A DNA stretch of 64,000 bases, taken from NCBI GenBank assembly GCA_035505955.1, contig DATJQH010000137.1, positions 2,325-66,324 on the forward strand, in the 5' to 3' direction. Shown here in pieces: positions 53,114-64,000 of the stretch. Each line of letters begins with the position of its first letter. The stretch's first letter is position 1. The stretch is from Rhodocyclaceae bacterium. GTDB taxonomy: Bacteria; Pseudomonadota; Gammaproteobacteria; Burkholderiales; Rhodocyclaceae. The position numbers and the translations under genes were made by a program. The notes beneath the pieces were generated by a model that did not search any database, had not been told where the DNA came from, and worked only from the letters and a program-made list of their open reading frames with translations.

Positions 53114-53190
53114 TGGTCGGGGTGGCGGGATTCGAACTCGCGACCCCTTGCACCCCATGCAAGTGCGCTACCAGGCTGCGCTACACCCCG
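53114..53190 (-). tRNA. tRNA-Pro (anticodon GGG)
   Basis: The minus strand reads CGGGGTGTAGCGCAGCCTGGTAGCGCACTTGCATGGGGTGCAAGGGGTCGCGAGTTCGAATCCCGCCACCCCGACCA. It folds as a cloverleaf by eye, with anticodon loop AUGGGGU, a GTTCGAATC T-loop and an encoded CCA. Confidence 0.9.
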
Positions 53191-53207
53191 ACGAGGCGCG
53201 AATTGTA

Positions 53208-53579
53208 TCAGACGCGGAGGAGTTCGATGATGCCGGTGAGTTCCCCGCGCAGCGAGAACGACATCGGACGCGGCGCAGCCGGCGGCGCGGCGCGCGGCGT
53301 TTCGATCTTGGCCGGTGCGTCGTCGAGACGGTTGCGGGCGCCGCTGATGGTGAAGCCTTCGTCGTAGAGCAGCTGCCGGATGCGGCGCACCAGCAGCACT
53401 TCGTGGTGCTGGTAGTAGCGCCGGTTGCCGCGCCGCTTGACGGGCTTGAGTTGCGTAAATTCCTGTTCCCAGTAGCGCAGCACGTGCGGCTTCACGCCAC
53501 ACAGCTCGCTCACTTCGCCGATCGTGAAGTAACGCTTGGCCGGAATGGGCGGCAGTTCATTCTTCGCGCTGCTGGCCAT
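53208..53579 (-). CDS. MerR family transcriptional regulator
   Basis: Mer[29 protein letters not shown]...RRGNRRYY. Occupies the conserved position downstream of ihfA. Confidence 0.8.
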   Translation of the reverse strand: MASSAKNELPPIPAKRYFTIGEVSELCGVKPHVLRYWEQEFTQLKPVKRRGNRRYYQHHEVLLVRRIRQLLYDEGFTISGARNRLDDAPAKIETPRAAPPAAPRPMSFSLRGELTGIIELLRV

Positions 53580-53868
53580 TTCCTTGAACCATTTCGACCG
53601 AGCCCTTCAATTTTTGGCTGGCGTGGAAGGTGACGACGCGACGCGCGGTGATCGGAATCTCCTCGCCGGTCTTCGGGTTGCGTCCCGGACGCTGCGGCTT
53701 GTCGCGCAACTGAAAATTGCCGAAGCCGGACAGCTTGACGCCGTCACCCGTCTGCAGGGCGACGCGCACCTCCTCGAAGAAGGCTTCGACCATGTCCTTG
53801 GCTTCGCGCTTGTTCAAACCGACCTTGTCAAAGAGCATGTCGGCCAGTTCGGCTTTCGTCAAAGTCAT
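53557..53868 (-). CDS. ihfA: integration host factor subunit alpha
   Basis: [33 protein letters not shown]...[26 protein letters not shown]. Start at the ATG at 53868. Confidence 0.9.
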   Translation of the reverse strand: MTLTKAELADMLFDKVGLNKREAKDMVEAFFEEVRVALQTGDGVKLSGFGNFQLRDKPQRPGRNPKTGEEIPITARRVVTFHASQKLKGSVEMVQGNGQQREE

Positions 53869-53893
53869 TGCAAATAATCCCCTTGGATTCTTC

Positions 53894-56278
53894 TTAGCTA
53901 CGCAAGGCGCCACCGAATTCCTTGCCGGCAGCCTGGACCAGCTTGGCCACCGCCGCCTCCACCTCGGCGTCCTCCAACGTGCGATCAGTATGTTGCATAA
54001 CTACCCGGAACGCAAGGCTTTTTTGCCCTTCAGGCAGTCCCTTGCCCTGATAGACATCGAACAGATTGACCTCCTGAACGATGCCTGGCGCGGCAGCACG
54101 CAGGGCGTCCAGCAGGGGCGCCAAGGTCTGGTCGCGCGACACGGTCAAGGCGAGGTCGCGGGTCACGGTCGGGAAGCGCGAGACCTCCCGATAGGCGGGC
54201 ATGGCAAGGGCCAGCCAGACGTCGAGATCGAGTTCGAACACGACCGGTGCCGCGCCGAGTTCGTACTTCTGCACCCAGCGCGGATGCAGTTCGCCGACCA
54301 CGCCGATCGCCTTGCCATCCAGCCGCACTTCCGCCGCCCGGCCGGGATGCAGTGCCGAATGGGTCGCACGCTCGAAAGTCAGCCGCCGTGGTACGCCAAG
54401 CAGTGACTCGATGTCGCCCTTGAGGTCGAAGAAGTCGACCGGCCGCGTCGCCGCGCCCCACTGCTCTGGCAGCGCCAAGCCTGCCCACAGGCCGCCGATG
54501 CGCAGTGGCTGGCGGAAACCCGCAACCGGCTGACCTGCACCATCACGTCCGAAGACGCGGCCGATTTCGAAGATCCGCGCACGTTCGGTCTGGCGCTTGC
54601 GATTGGCGACGAGTACGCCGACCAGGCCGCCGATCAGCGTCGAGCGCATGACGCCCATCTGGCTGGCAATCGGATTCGCCAACTGGATCGGCGCCGCGTT
54701 GCCGGCGAAGTCCGCTTCCCACACCGCGTCGACGAAGCTGTACGTGACGACCTCGAAGTAGCCGCGCTCGGCCATGAGATGCCGCACCGCCATGGGCCCG
54801 CGCCGCGTTTCGGGCAGCGGCAGCATGGCGAGCTGCGCTTTCGGCGGCGGCGCCGGGATGTTGTCGTAGCCGTGCAGTCGCGCGATCTCCTCGATCAGGT
54901 CCTCTTCGATTTCCATGTCGAAGCGGTACGACGGCGGCGTCACCACGAAGTCATCGCCCAGGCGTTCCACCTTCGTGCCGAGGCCGCCCAGCAGCTTGCC
55001 GATCAGGTCGACGGAAAGCGCGATGCCGAGCACCTTCACGGCGCGGGCTGCGCGTAGCCGCACGGGCTTGCGCGCGGGCAGATGCGCGGACGACACGGCC
55101 TCGACCACCGGGCCCGGCTGGCCGCCGCAGATGTCGACGATCAACTGCGTCGCCCGCTCGATGGCGCGGCGCTGCAGTTCGAAGTCCACGCCGCGTTCGT
55201 AGCGATGCGAAGCGTCGGACGAGAAACCGAGCGCGCGCGCCTTACCGGCGATCGCGGTCGGCGTGAAGAATGCGCATTCCAGGAAGAGATCGGTCGTCGT
55301 GTCGGCGATGCCCGAATGCTCGCCGCCCATGATGCCGGCCAGCCCGAGCGGTTTCTGCTCGTCGGCAATCAGTCCGGTGTCGGCCGAGGGCGTCACCGTC
55401 TGTTCGTTGAGCAGCAGCAACTGCTCGCCGGCTTTCGGATAGCGCACATGGATCGCGCCCGCAAGCTGGGCGTCGTCGAAGGCGTGCATCGGCTGGCCGA
55501 GTTCCAGCATCACGTAGTTGGTGACATCGACGAGCGCCGAGATCGAACGCACGCCGCAGCGCTCGATGCGCTGCTTCATCCAGTCCGGTGTCGGCGCCTT
55601 CGCATTCACGCCACGCACGATGCGGCCGCAGTAGCGCGGGCAGACGTCCGGCGCGTCGAGGACGATGCTGCGCGTGTCGTCGATATTCTTCGCCACGGGC
55701 TCGACGGCTGGCAGCGCCAAGGGCGCGCCGGTCAGCCCCGCCACTTCGCGGGCGATGCCGGTCAGCGACAGGCAGTCGGCGCGGTTGGGCGTCAGCTTCA
55801 GCGTAATCAGCGTGTCGTCGAGGTTCAGGTACTGGCGGATGTCGGCACCGATCGGCGCGTCGTCGGGCAGCGCCAAGAGGCCGCCGTGGTCTTCGGACAG
55901 CCCCAGTTCTCGGGCCGAGCACATCATGCCGAAACTCTCGACGCCGCGCACCTTGGCCTTCCTGATCTCGATGCCGGGCAGCTTTGCGCCAACGAGCGCG
56001 CAGGGCGCCACCATGCCGGGCGCGACATTGGGCGCACCACAGACGATCTGCAACACGCCGCTGGCACTGCCCGTATCCACTTTGCAAAGCTTCAGTTTGT
56101 CGGCGTCGGGATGCTTCTCGGTACTGAGCACGCGGGCGACGACCACACCGGAAAAGTCAGCCGCGGCGGCACGCCGCTCCTCGACTTCGAGGCCGGCCAT
56201 CGTCAGCAGATGACAGAGCTCTTCCGTCGACAGCGGCGGATTGACGAGGGCGCGCAGCCAGGATTCAGGGAATTGCAT
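53894..56278 (-). CDS. pheT: phenylalanine--tRNA ligase beta subunit
   Basis: [10 protein letters not shown]-terminus, tRNA-binding domain, B3/4 and B5 domains and a C-terminal FDX-ACB domain. 794 aa, downstream of pheS. Confidence 0.95.
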   Translation of the reverse strand: MQFPESWLRALVNPPLSTEELCHLLTMAGLEVEERRAAAADFSGVVVARVLSTEKHPDADKLKLCKVDTGSASGVLQIVCGAPNVAPGMVAPCALVGAKLPGIEIRKAKVRGVESFGMMCSARELGLSEDHGGLLALPDDAPIGADIRQYLNLDDTLITLKLTPNRADCLSLTGIAREVAGLTGAPLALPAVEPVAKNIDDTRSIVLDAPDVCPRYCGRIVRGVNAKAPTPDWMKQRIERCGVRSISALVDVTNYVMLELGQPMHAFDDAQLAGAIHVRYPKAGEQLLLLNEQTVTPSADTGLIADEQKPLGLAGIMGGEHSGIADTTTDLFLECAFFTPTAIAGKARALGFSSDASHRYERGVDFELQRRAIERATQLIVDICGGQPGPVVEAVSSAHLPARKPVRLRAARAVKVLGIALSVDLIGKLLGGLGTKVERLGDDFVVTPPSYRFDMEIEEDLIEEIARLHGYDNIPAPPPKAQLAMLPLPETRRGPMAVRHLMAERGYFEVVTYSFVDAVWEADFAGNAAPIQLANPIASQMGVMRSTLIGGLVGVLVANRKRQTERARIFEIGRVFGRDGAGQPVAGFRQPLRIGGLWAGLALPEQWGAATRPVDFFDLKGDIESLLGVPRRLTFERATHSALHPGRAAEVRLDGKAIGVVGELHPRWVQKYELGAAPVVFELDLDVWLALAMPAYREVSRFPTVTRDLALTVSRDQTLAPLLDALRAAAPGIVQEVNLFDVYQGKGLPEGQKSLAFRVVMQHTDRTLEDAEVEAAVAKLVQAAGKEFGGALRS
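54374..54401 (+). repeat. dispersed word copy F (inside pheT, antisense to the gene): GAAAGTCAGCCGCCGTGGTACGCCAAGC
   Basis: Exact AGTCAG-N10-ACGCC plus the AAGC flank. Confidence 0.65.
56152..56175 (+). repeat. dispersed word copy G (inside pheT, weakest copy): AAAAGTCAGCCGCGGCGGCACGCC
   Basis: Exact AGTCAG-N10-ACGCC, but the centre is less similar. Confidence 0.45.
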
Positions 56279-56281
56279 GAT

Positions 56282-57374
<1,093 letters not shown>

Positions 57375-57399
57375 TGTTCGCGTCGGTTGATGTGCCGGA

Positions 57400-57759
57400 T
57401 TACGCGCCGAGTTTGGCCTTGGCCTGGTTCGCCAGGGCCGCAAATGCCGGCTTGTCGAACACGGCCAGGTCGGCCAGCACCTTGCGATCCACCTCGATGG
57501 CGGCCTTCTTGAGGCCGTTCATCAGGGTGCTGTACTTCATGCCCAACTCGCGGGCACCCGCATTGATACGGGCGATCCAGAGGGCACGGAACTGGCGCTT
57601 GCGTTGACGGCGGTCGCGATACTGGTACTGGCCCGCCTTCATCACCGCTTCCTTGGCGATGCGATAGACGGAATTGCGGCGACCCCTGTAACCCTTGGCC
57701 TGGGCGAGAACCTTCTTGTGGCGCGCGCGCGCCGTTACACCACGTTTGACTCTTGGCAT
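57400..57759 (-). CDS. rplT: 50S ribosomal protein L20
   Basis: [18 protein letters not shown]... Confidence 0.95.
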   Translation of the reverse strand: MPRVKRGVTARARHKKVLAQAKGYRGRRNSVYRIAKEAVMKAGQYQYRDRRQRKRQFRALWIARINAGARELGMKYSTLMNGLKKAAIEVDRKVLADLAVFDKPAFAALANQAKAKLGA

Positions 57760-57771
57760 GGTGCGTTCTCC

Positions 57772-57969
57772 TTAGGCGTTGGGCAGCATGGCGCGAACGG
57801 ACTTGACGTCCGACTCGTGCACCGCGTGAACACCGCGCAGCTGGCGCTTGGACTTGGTGGTCTTCTTGGTGAGGATATGGCGCTTGAACGCCGTCGAGCG
57901 CTTGACGCTGCCACTGCCGCGCACTCGAAAGCGCTTGGCGGCTCCGCTCTTGGTCTTCATCTTCGGCAT
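57772..57969 (-). CDS. rpmI: 50S ribosomal protein L35
   Basis: [20 protein letters not shown]..; 65 aa. The tracked start at 58056 is an upstream extension. Confidence 0.9.
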   Translation of the reverse strand: MPKMKTKSGAAKRFRVRGSGSVKRSTAFKRHILTKKTTKSKRQLRGVHAVHESDVKSVRAMLPNA

Positions 57970-58066
57970 GGCCGAGACTCCTTTTCTGACACGGTACCAG
58001 GTGGTTCCCGACTCGGGAACGCTTCGACAACCCGCAACCGCTTCTGTGCACTGCAACCGCTACTGC

Positions 58067-58597
58067 TTATTGCTTCACCTGCTTCTTGGTCGGCGCCAGC
58101 ACCATGATGAGCTGACGGCCTTCCATCTTCGGGAACTGCTCCACCTGCGCCACTTCCGTCAGGTCGCCCTTGATGCGCTCCAGCATGCGCATGCCGAACT
58201 CCTGGTGCGCCATTTCGCGGCCGCGGAAACGCAACGTAATCTTCGCCTTGTCGCCTTCGCCCAGAAACTTGATCAGGTTGCGCAGCTTGATCTGGTAGTC
58301 GTTCTCGTCCGTACCCGGGCGGAACTTGACTTCCTTCACCTGCACCTGCTTCTGCTTCAGCTTCGCTTCGTGCGCCCGCTTGGCTTCCTGGTACTTGAAC
58401 TTGCCGAAGTCCATCATCTTGCAGACCGGCGGCTTTGCCAGCGGGGCGATTTCCACGAGATCGACTTCGGCTTCTTCTGCCATCTGCAGTGCGGCCCGGA
58501 TGTTCACGATGCCGATCTGCTCGCCTTCGACCCCGACCAACCTCACTTCCGGGGCTGTAATCTCGTCATTGATGCGCTGCGACTTTTCCTGAGCGAT
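58067..58597 (-). CDS. infC: translation initiation factor IF-3 (non-canonical ATC start inferred)
   Basis: The conserved N-terminus [22 protein letters not shown] lies upstream of the tracked start, which is the GTG coding for Val in PEVRL. Between the ATC at 58595-58597 and the in-frame thrS stop there is no ATG, GTG or TTG. A GGGAG motif lies 10 nt upstream of the ATC. Confidence 0.8.
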   Translation of the reverse strand: MAQEKSQRINDEITAPEVRLVGVEGEQIGIVNIRAALQMAEEAEVDLVEIAPLAKPPVCKMMDFGKFKYQEAKRAHEAKLKQKQVQVKEVKFRPGTDENDYQIKLRNLIKFLGEGDKAKITLRFRGREMAHQEFGMRMLERIKGDLTEVAQVEQFPKMEGRQLIMVLAPTKKQVKQ

Positions 58598-58624
58598 GGT
58601 TCTCGACTCCCAAAAATCAAAAAA

Positions 58625-60541
58625 TCAGGCCGCCACGCCCCTGCTCTGCTGTTCCCGCAGCAGGCGTTCAATCAACGCTTCGGGAGACATCTGCCCGAGA
58701 TCCTGATTGCCCCGGGCACGAACGGCGACCAACCCCGCAGCCTTTTCCTTGTCGCCAATCACGACGTAGTAAGGCCGCTTCATCAAGCTATGTTCTCGAA
58801 TTTTATAGTTAATTTTCTCTCCGCGCAAATCCGTGTCGACACGCAGGCCGGCGGCGCGCAGCTTTTCCGCCACAGCCGCCGCGTAGTCCTCCTGGTGCTC
58901 GGAGATACTCATCACTACGGCCTGCACCGGCGCCAGCCACAAGGGCAGCGCGCCCGAGTGGTTCTCGATCAGGATGCCGATGAAGCGCTCGAGCGAGCCG
59001 AGGATGGCCCGGTGCAGCATCACGGGCGTATGGCGGGCGTTGTCCTCGCCGACGTACTCCGCGCCAAGCCGGCCGGGCATCGAGAAGTCGACCTGGATGG
59101 TGCCGCACTGCCAGGAACGGCCGATGGCGTCCTTGATGTGGAATTCGATCTTGGGACCGTAGAAAGCGCCTTCGCCCGGCAGTTCGATCCACTCGAGGCC
59201 CGAGGCGCGCAAGGCATTGCGCAGCGCCGCCTCCGCCTTGTCCCAGACCTCGTCGGCGCCCACGCGGCTGTCCGGACGCAGCGCCAGCTTGACGGCGACA
59301 TCGGTGAAGCCGAAATCGGCGTACACCTTGCGCACCAGCGCGTTGAAGGCCGTCACCTCGGGCTGGATCTGGTCCTCGGTGCAGAAGATGTGACCGTCGT
59401 CCTGTGTGAAACCGCGCACGCGCATGACGCCGTGCAGCGCGCCCGAAGGCTCGTTGCGGTGGCAGGAACCGAATTCGCCGTAGCGCAGCGGCAGGTCGCG
59501 GTAAGAGCGCACGTCGGTGTTGAACAGCAGGATGTGGCCCGGGCAGTTCATCGGCTTGACGCCGTAGTCGCGGTTCTCCGATGCCGTGGTGAACATGTTC
59601 TGGTGGAAGTGCTGCCAGTGGCCCGAGCGCTCCCACAGCGAGCGGTCGAGGATCTGCGGACAGCGCACTTCCTGGTAGCCGTTCTCGCGATAGATGCGGC
59701 GCATGTACTGCTCGACTTCCTGCCAGACGGTCCAGCCCTGCGGGTGCCAGAAAATCAGGCCCGGCGCTTCCTCCTGCAGGTGGAAGAGATCAAGGCTGCG
59801 GCCGAGCTTGCGATGGTCGCGCTTCTCGGCTTCCTCCAACATGTGCAGGTAGGCGTCGAGTTCTTCCTTCTTCGCCCACGCGGTACCGTAGATACGCTGC
59901 AACTGCTCGTTCTTCGAATCACCGCGCCAGTAGGCCCCGGCCACTTTCATCAGCTTGAACGCCTTGAGCCTGCCCGTCGAGGGCACGTGCGGGCCGCGGC
60001 ACAAGTCCACGAAATCGCCTTCGCGATACAGCGACACATCCTCGCCCGCTGGAATGGCTTCGATCAACTCGGCCTTGTAGCGCTCGCCGATGGACTTGAA
60101 GAACTCGACGGCCTTGTCGCGCGGCCAGACTTCGCGCGTGACCGGAATGTCCTTCTTCGCGAGTTCAGCCATGCGCTTTTCCATCGCCTCGAGGTCTTCC
60201 GGCGTGAAGGGGCGCTGATAGGCGAAGTCGTAGTAGAAGCCATTCTCGACCACCGGGCCGATGGTCACCTGCGCCTCGGGGAACAGTTCCTTCACCGCGT
60301 AGGCGAGCAGGTGCGCGGTCGAGTGGCGGATGATCTCGACGCCATCGGCATCCTTGTCGGTAACGATGGCGAGCGAAGCGTCGCGATCGACCAGGTAGGA
60401 GGTGTCGACCAGTTTGCCGTCCACGCGGCCGGCCAATGCCGCCTTGGCCAGCCCGGCGCCTATGGAAGCCGCCACGCCCGCCACGGTCAGCGGTTGCGGA
60501 TACTCGCGCCTCGAACCATCGGGCAAGGTGATGACCGGCAT
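58625..60541 (-). CDS. thrS: threonine--tRNA ligase
   Basis: [10 protein letters not shown] (TGS domain), editing domain, and class-II core ([26 protein letters not shown]). Start at the ATG at 60541, not the tracked 60640, which runs into tRNA-Val. Confidence 0.95.
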   Translation of the reverse strand: MPVITLPDGSRREYPQPLTVAGVAASIGAGLAKAALAGRVDGKLVDTSYLVDRDASLAIVTDKDADGVEIIRHSTAHLLAYAVKELFPEAQVTIGPVVENGFYYDFAYQRPFTPEDLEAMEKRMAELAKKDIPVTREVWPRDKAVEFFKSIGERYKAELIEAIPAGEDVSLYREGDFVDLCRGPHVPSTGRLKAFKLMKVAGAYWRGDSKNEQLQRIYGTAWAKKEELDAYLHMLEEAEKRDHRKLGRSLDLFHLQEEAPGLIFWHPQGWTVWQEVEQYMRRIYRENGYQEVRCPQILDRSLWERSGHWQHFHQNMFTTASENRDYGVKPMNCPGHILLFNTDVRSYRDLPLRYGEFGSCHRNEPSGALHGVMRVRGFTQDDGHIFCTEDQIQPEVTAFNALVRKVYADFGFTDVAVKLALRPDSRVGADEVWDKAEAALRNALRASGLEWIELPGEGAFYGPKIEFHIKDAIGRSWQCGTIQVDFSMPGRLGAEYVGEDNARHTPVMLHRAILGSLERFIGILIENHSGALPLWLAPVQAVVMSISEHQEDYAAAVAEKLRAAGLRVDTDLRGEKINYKIREHSLMKRPYYVVIGDKEKAAGLVAVRARGNQDLGQMSPEALIERLLREQQSRGVAA

Positions 60542-60552
60542 GTTGCAAGCTC

Positions 60553-60594
60553 CAGAAGCAGAAACAGGGCGCCTCGTGAACGCAGGCGCCCTGT
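60553..60594 (-). terminator. perfect 11-bp stem hairpin downstream of tRNA-Val and upstream of thrS
   Basis: ACAGGGCGCCT-N9-AGGCGCCCTGT, followed on the minus strand by TTCTGCTTCTG. Confidence 0.5.
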
Positions 60595-60600
60595 CGGATT

Positions 60601-60677
60601 TGGTAGGCGCGATTGGACTCGAACCAACGACCCCCACCATGTCAAGGTGGTGCTCTAACCAGCTGAGCTACGCGCCT
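60601..60677 (-). tRNA. tRNA-Val (anticodon GAC)
   Basis: The minus strand reads AGGCGCGTAGCTCAGCTGGTTAGAGCACCACCTTGACATGGTGGGGGTCGTTGGTTCGAGTCCAATCGCGCCTACCA. Anticodon loop UUGACAU, with an encoded CCA. Confidence 0.9.
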
Positions 60678-60730
60678 GCAAACGAGGCGCGGATTCTAGC
60701 GGAACTCGCGCCTCGCCACAACAGCCTTTT

Positions 60731-62623
60731 CTACGGTGCGAGCGCGCCGCGAATCTGGTCCAGCGTGCCCGGATCGTCGATGGTCGTCAGGTCGCCCGGA
60801 TCGCGGCCTTCGGCGATGGCCTGGATCGAACGGCGCAGCATCTTGCCCGAGCGCGTCTTGGGCAGGCCAGTGACGAAATGGACGTGCCCGGGACGCGCGA
60901 TGGCACCCAGGCTGTCGTCGACGGTCTTCATCACTTCCTTTTCCAGCGCAGCCTTGAGTTCCGGCGTCGCGATGCGCGCCGCGTCCTTGACCACGGCGAA
61001 CGCGACCGGCACCTGCCCCTTCAACTGGTCATGCACGCCCACGACCGCGACCTCGGCGATGGCGCTATGCATCTGCACCGCCTCTTCGATCTCGCGCGTG
61101 CCCAGGCGGTGCCCGGCGACGTTGATGACGTCGTCGGTGCGGCCGAGGATGAAGTGGTAGCCGTCCTCATCCTTGATCCCCCAGTCGAACGAGGAATAGA
61201 CCAGCGGTTCCTTGAACAACGAGAAGTAGGTCTTGACGAAGCGCTCGTCGTCGCCCCACACCGTCGACAGGCAGCCCGGCGGCAGCGGCGGCAGCACGCC
61301 GACGATGCCCTTCTCGTTCGGCGCGCACTCGGTGCCGTCCTCGCGGAAGATCTTCAGGTTGTAACCATAGGCGGGGAAGCTCGGCGTGCCGTACTTGATC
61401 GGCGTCTTCTCGACCCCCGGCGCGGCGGTCAACATCGCCCAGCCGCTCTCGGTCTGCCAGTAGTGGTCGATCACCGGCAGCTTGAGTTCGCCCATGATCC
61501 ATTCGTGCGTCGGCTGGTCGAGCGGCTCGCCGGCCAGGAACAGGTGCTTCAACGACGAGAGATCGTACTTGTGCAGGTAGGCCGGATCCTGTTTCTTCAA
61601 GACGCGGATCGCGGTCGGCGCGGAGAACATCACGTTGACCTTGTACTTCTCGACGAGGCTCCACCAGATGCCGGCATCGGGCCGGATCGGCGTGCCTTCG
61701 TACATCAAGGTCGCCATGCCGGCGATGAGCGGGCCATAGACGATGTAACTGTGGCCGACGACCCAGCCGATGTCGGAAGTGGCGAAGTAGGTCTCGCCCT
61801 CGCCACCGCAGTAGATGTGCTTCATCGATGCGGCGAGCGCCACGGCGTAACCGCCGACGTCGCGCTGCACGCCCTTCGGCTTGCCGGTGGTACCCGACGT
61901 ATACAGGATGTACGACGGCTCGGTCGATTCCAGCCAGACGCACGGAACGTCCGCGTTCATGTGCTGCGCGCGCAGCGTCGCGTAGTCGACGTCGCGGCCG
62001 GCGACCTTGGCGAAGTTCTTGTCGAGCCCGCGATCGATCATCAGCACCTTCTCGGGCGGGAACTGCGCGATCTTGCAGGCCTCGTCGAGGAGGTGCTTGT
62101 AGGGCACCGCCTTGCCGCCGCGCATGCCGGCGTCGCTTGATACGATCAGCTTGGGTTTGGCGTCGTCGATGCGCGTCGCCAGGGAGCCCGACGCGAAGCC
62201 GCCGAACACCACAGAGTGGATGGCGCCGATGCGCGCACAGGCGAGGATCGCGAAGGTGGCCTCCGCGATCATCGGCATGTAGATCAGGACGCGGTCGCCT
62301 TTCTTGACGCCCAGGCTCTGCATGACGGCCGCCATGCGCACCACCTCGGACTTCAGTTCGGCGAAGGTGTAGGTCTTCTCCACGTTCGTTTCCGTGGAGA
62401 CGAAGATCAGCGCCGGCGCATTCGGCCGCCTGGCGGCATGGCGATCCACGGCGTTGTAGCAAAGGTTGGTCTCGCCGCCCACGAACCACTTCACGAACGG
62501 CGGCTTCGAGTAGTCGCAAATCTTCTGCGGCGGCTTGTGCCAGTCGATCAGTTGTGCCTGCTCGCCCCAGAAGCCGTCCCGGTCCTCGATGGACCTCCGA
62601 TGAAACTCCTTGTACGTCGTCAT
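60731..62623 (-). CDS. prpE: propionate--CoA ligase (PrpE-type acyl-CoA synthetase)
   Basis: 630 aa and collinear with my recollection of E. coli PrpE (FHRRSIEDRDGFWGEQA, PPFVKWFVGGETNLCYNAVDRH, YMPMIAEATFAILACARIGAIHSVVFGGFAS). A general acetyl-CoA synthetase paralog cannot be excluded. Confidence 0.75.
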   Translation of the reverse strand: MTTYKEFHRRSIEDRDGFWGEQAQLIDWHKPPQKICDYSKPPFVKWFVGGETNLCYNAVDRHAARRPNAPALIFVSTETNVEKTYTFAELKSEVVRMAAVMQSLGVKKGDRVLIYMPMIAEATFAILACARIGAIHSVVFGGFASGSLATRIDDAKPKLIVSSDAGMRGGKAVPYKHLLDEACKIAQFPPEKVLMIDRGLDKNFAKVAGRDVDYATLRAQHMNADVPCVWLESTEPSYILYTSGTTGKPKGVQRDVGGYAVALAASMKHIYCGGEGETYFATSDIGWVVGHSYIVYGPLIAGMATLMYEGTPIRPDAGIWWSLVEKYKVNVMFSAPTAIRVLKKQDPAYLHKYDLSSLKHLFLAGEPLDQPTHEWIMGELKLPVIDHYWQTESGWAMLTAAPGVEKTPIKYGTPSFPAYGYNLKIFREDGTECAPNEKGIVGVLPPLPPGCLSTVWGDDERFVKTYFSLFKEPLVYSSFDWGIKDEDGYHFILGRTDDVINVAGHRLGTREIEEAVQMHSAIAEVAVVGVHDQLKGQVPVAFAVVKDAARIATPELKAALEKEVMKTVDDSLGAIARPGHVHFVTGLPKTRSGKMLRRSIQAIAEGRDPGDLTTIDDPGTLDQIRGALAP

Positions 62624-62655
62624 GCCACCTCTCCCACTCCCGTTATTGGACTACG

Positions 62656-63777
62656 CTAATCCTTGTTACCCGACGCCAGCCGCCGCTCGATCTCGGCGAT
62701 CGCGTCGTTGATATGCAATTCGGAACCGATCAGCCGCAAGAGCGGCAGCAGCCGTGCCGCGAACGCGCGCGCGCCGGGGCGCACCACCCCTTCGCGTCCG
62801 GCCGCCAGGCAGCCGAGCGCTTCCTCGACGCTCATGACGTTGCCGGTCTCCGTGCGCGCCACCGCACCGGCGACGCAGTTGCCGCCTGCCGCCATCGCCG
62901 CCACCATGCGTTCCTCGGCCGTGGCCAGCACGCGCTCGGCGTCGAGTTCGCCGTCCTCCGGCGAACTGGCCATGCCGACCGTGACCGTCAGCCGCAGCGC
63001 GTGGCCGCGGTACTGGATGCTCGCCACTTCCACCGCGGCGCGCAGGCGCTCCGCGAACTGGTGCGTCTGCGCCGGATCGATGCCGGGGGTAATCACCGCG
63101 AACTGGCTGTCGGCCCAGCGTGCCAGGCTGTCTTCCTTGCGCACCGCGCCGCCCAGCACCTGCGCGAAACGCTTCAGCAGCGCCTCGCCCAGCGCAGCGC
63201 CTTCGGCCTCGACAAGTTCGTCAAAACGGTCGAGTCCAACCACCAGCACGCCGACGTGGCCGCCGTGGCGGTGAAAATAGGAGAACGACTGCTCGGCCTG
63301 GCGCAGCACGAACACCCGCTGGGGCAGGCCGGTCACCGGGTCGATGGCTGCACCGGCGCGCGCTTCTTCCAGCGCCTCGTGCGAACGACCAAGCGCAACC
63401 AGCGAATCCAGGCGCGCCAGCAGTTCGGCCGTGCCCGTTCCCTTGGTGATGAAATCGGTGGCCCCGAGGGTCGTGGCGCGCTGGCGCGCGCCCTCGTCCT
63501 CGTCGCCCGAGATCATGATCACGGGCAGCTCGCGGATGCGCGACACCTTGGAACTGCGGATGCGCTCGATCAGGCCGTAGCCATCGAGGCGCGGCATCGA
63601 ATGGTCGGTGATGACCAACTGGATCGAAGGATCGATCAGCAGCGCTTCCCAGCCGGCCTCGCCGTCGCCCTCTTCGCGCACGCTGAAGCGATCGCGGATG
63701 CGCTTGATGATGGTCGCCCGGACGATGCGCGAATCGTCCACCACCATCACGCGCGGAAGCCCGGCCGGCAGGTTCAT
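62656..63777 (-). CDS. response regulator with receiver domain and a degenerate GGDEF domain
   Basis: Receiver domain (VMVVDDSRIV...VITDHSMPRLDG...PVIMISG). The GGDEF-fold C-terminal half carries ADSQF in place of GGDEF (RWADSQFAVITPG). Start at the ATG at 63777 (MNLPAGL). Confidence 0.8.
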   Translation of the reverse strand: MNLPAGLPRVMVVDDSRIVRATIIKRIRDRFSVREEGDGEAGWEALLIDPSIQLVITDHSMPRLDGYGLIERIRSSKVSRIRELPVIMISGDEDEGARQRATTLGATDFITKGTGTAELLARLDSLVALGRSHEALEEARAGAAIDPVTGLPQRVFVLRQAEQSFSYFHRHGGHVGVLVVGLDRFDELVEAEGAALGEALLKRFAQVLGGAVRKEDSLARWADSQFAVITPGIDPAQTHQFAERLRAAVEVASIQYRGHALRLTVTVGMASSPEDGELDAERVLATAEERMVAAMAAGGNCVAGAVARTETGNVMSVEEALGCLAAGREGVVRPGARAFAARLLPLLRLIGSELHINDAIAEIERRLASGNKD

Positions 63778-63784
63778 GTTGCTG

Positions 63785-64000
63785 TCATCCTCCGTTGACC
63801 TGCACGACGACGCGGCCCTTGGCCTGGCCGCGAACGAACGTATCGAACGCCGACGGCAGTTCGGCAAAATCGATCGAGCGCGTCAGCGCCACCAGGTGCC
63901 GCGGCCGCAGGTCGCCTGCCAGCCGCTGCCAGACGCCGTGGCGGTAGGGTTCGCCAATGTAGCCCGAATCGATACCGAGCAGGCAGGCGCCGCGCAGGAT
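63785..64000 (-). CDS. YhdH/AcuI-family quinone oxidoreductase / acrylyl-CoA reductase; only the C-terminal 71 aa lie in the window
   Basis: My own minus-strand translation: ILRGACLLGIDSGYIGEPYRHGVWQRLAGDLRPRHLVALTRSIDFAELPSAFDTFVRGQAKGRVVVQVNGG*. It resembles the YhdH C-terminus (ILRGVRLLGVDS...QGRTLVKV). Not in the ORF track because the start lies outside the window. Confidence 0.6.
   Translation of the reverse strand: MLRGACLLGIDSGYIGEPYRHGVWQRLAGDLRPRHLVALTRSIDFAELPSAFDTFVRGQAKGRVVVQVNGG

Noticed and set aside
55735-55760. Additional weak matches to the dispersed word (GGTCAGCCCCGCCACTTCGCG at about 55735, AGTCAGGAATCGCTCGAAGCC at about 29053, GGTCAGCCTCGAGGACGCC at about 32462)
   Set aside because: Each lacks one half-site or has the wrong spacing, so they are compatible with chance in GC-rich coding DNA.
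60542-60600. Hairpin upstream of thrS considered as a ThrRS translational operator (tRNA-Thr anticodon-arm mimic, as in E. coli)
   Set aside because: The 9-nt loop (GCGUUCACG on the mRNA) contains no Thr anticodon-like xGU sequence in an anticodon-loop context. The structure is better explained as the terminator of the upstream tRNA-Val.

Overview
High-GC proteobacterial chromosome segment. Gene order (thrS-infC-rpmI-rplT-pheST-ihfA, surE-pcm-nlpD-rpoS, hrcA, grpE-dnaK-dnaJ, bioAFHCD) looks betaproteobacterial, possibly Rhodocyclales-like, but that is inference. I saw no mobile elements, CRISPR arrays or prophage genes. Most of the window is core housekeeping: carA, dapB, bamE, recN, nadK, hrcA, hemH, the bio operon, the heat-shock operon with two sigma-32 promoters, cysS, ppiA/ppiB, lpxH, a TetR-headed fadE-thiolase-fadB-like-fadL-fadD beta-oxidation cluster, tRNA-Pro(GGG), tRNA-Val(GAC), prpE, and an acuI/yhdH-like gene. 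Four things deserve a second look. (1) A sigma-54 operon encodes a CbcL-like nine-haem c / b-type membrane cytochrome fusion together with flavocytochrome c sulfide dehydrogenase (FccAB). It lies divergent from a FisR-like enhancer-binding protein whose Cys triad has 11/7 spacing. (2) A tightly packed six-gene operon encodes CheY-like RR, RR-GGDEF-EAL, two tandem TonB-dependent receptors, an orphan ABC_sub_bind-type periplasmic binding protein and a sensor kinase. It looks like an outer-membrane-to-c-di-GMP signalling system. (3) A strongly over-represented bipartite word, AGTCAG-N10-RCGCC (extended RARAGTCAGCCCCCGTGGTACGCCAAGC), occurs 11 times with exact spacing. Copies sit at gene ends and inside unrelated housekeeping genes on both strands, which resembles an uptake sequence or a protein target site. 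(4) Two adjacent paralogous Gln/Ala-rich small proteins share a C-terminal PVVNxxGQxTGxxVxxxA tail. Many long ORFs in the supplied track are antisense or out-of-frame artefacts of high GC content. Several real genes start downstream of the tracked ORF start, and I re-derived those starts by reading the sequence.
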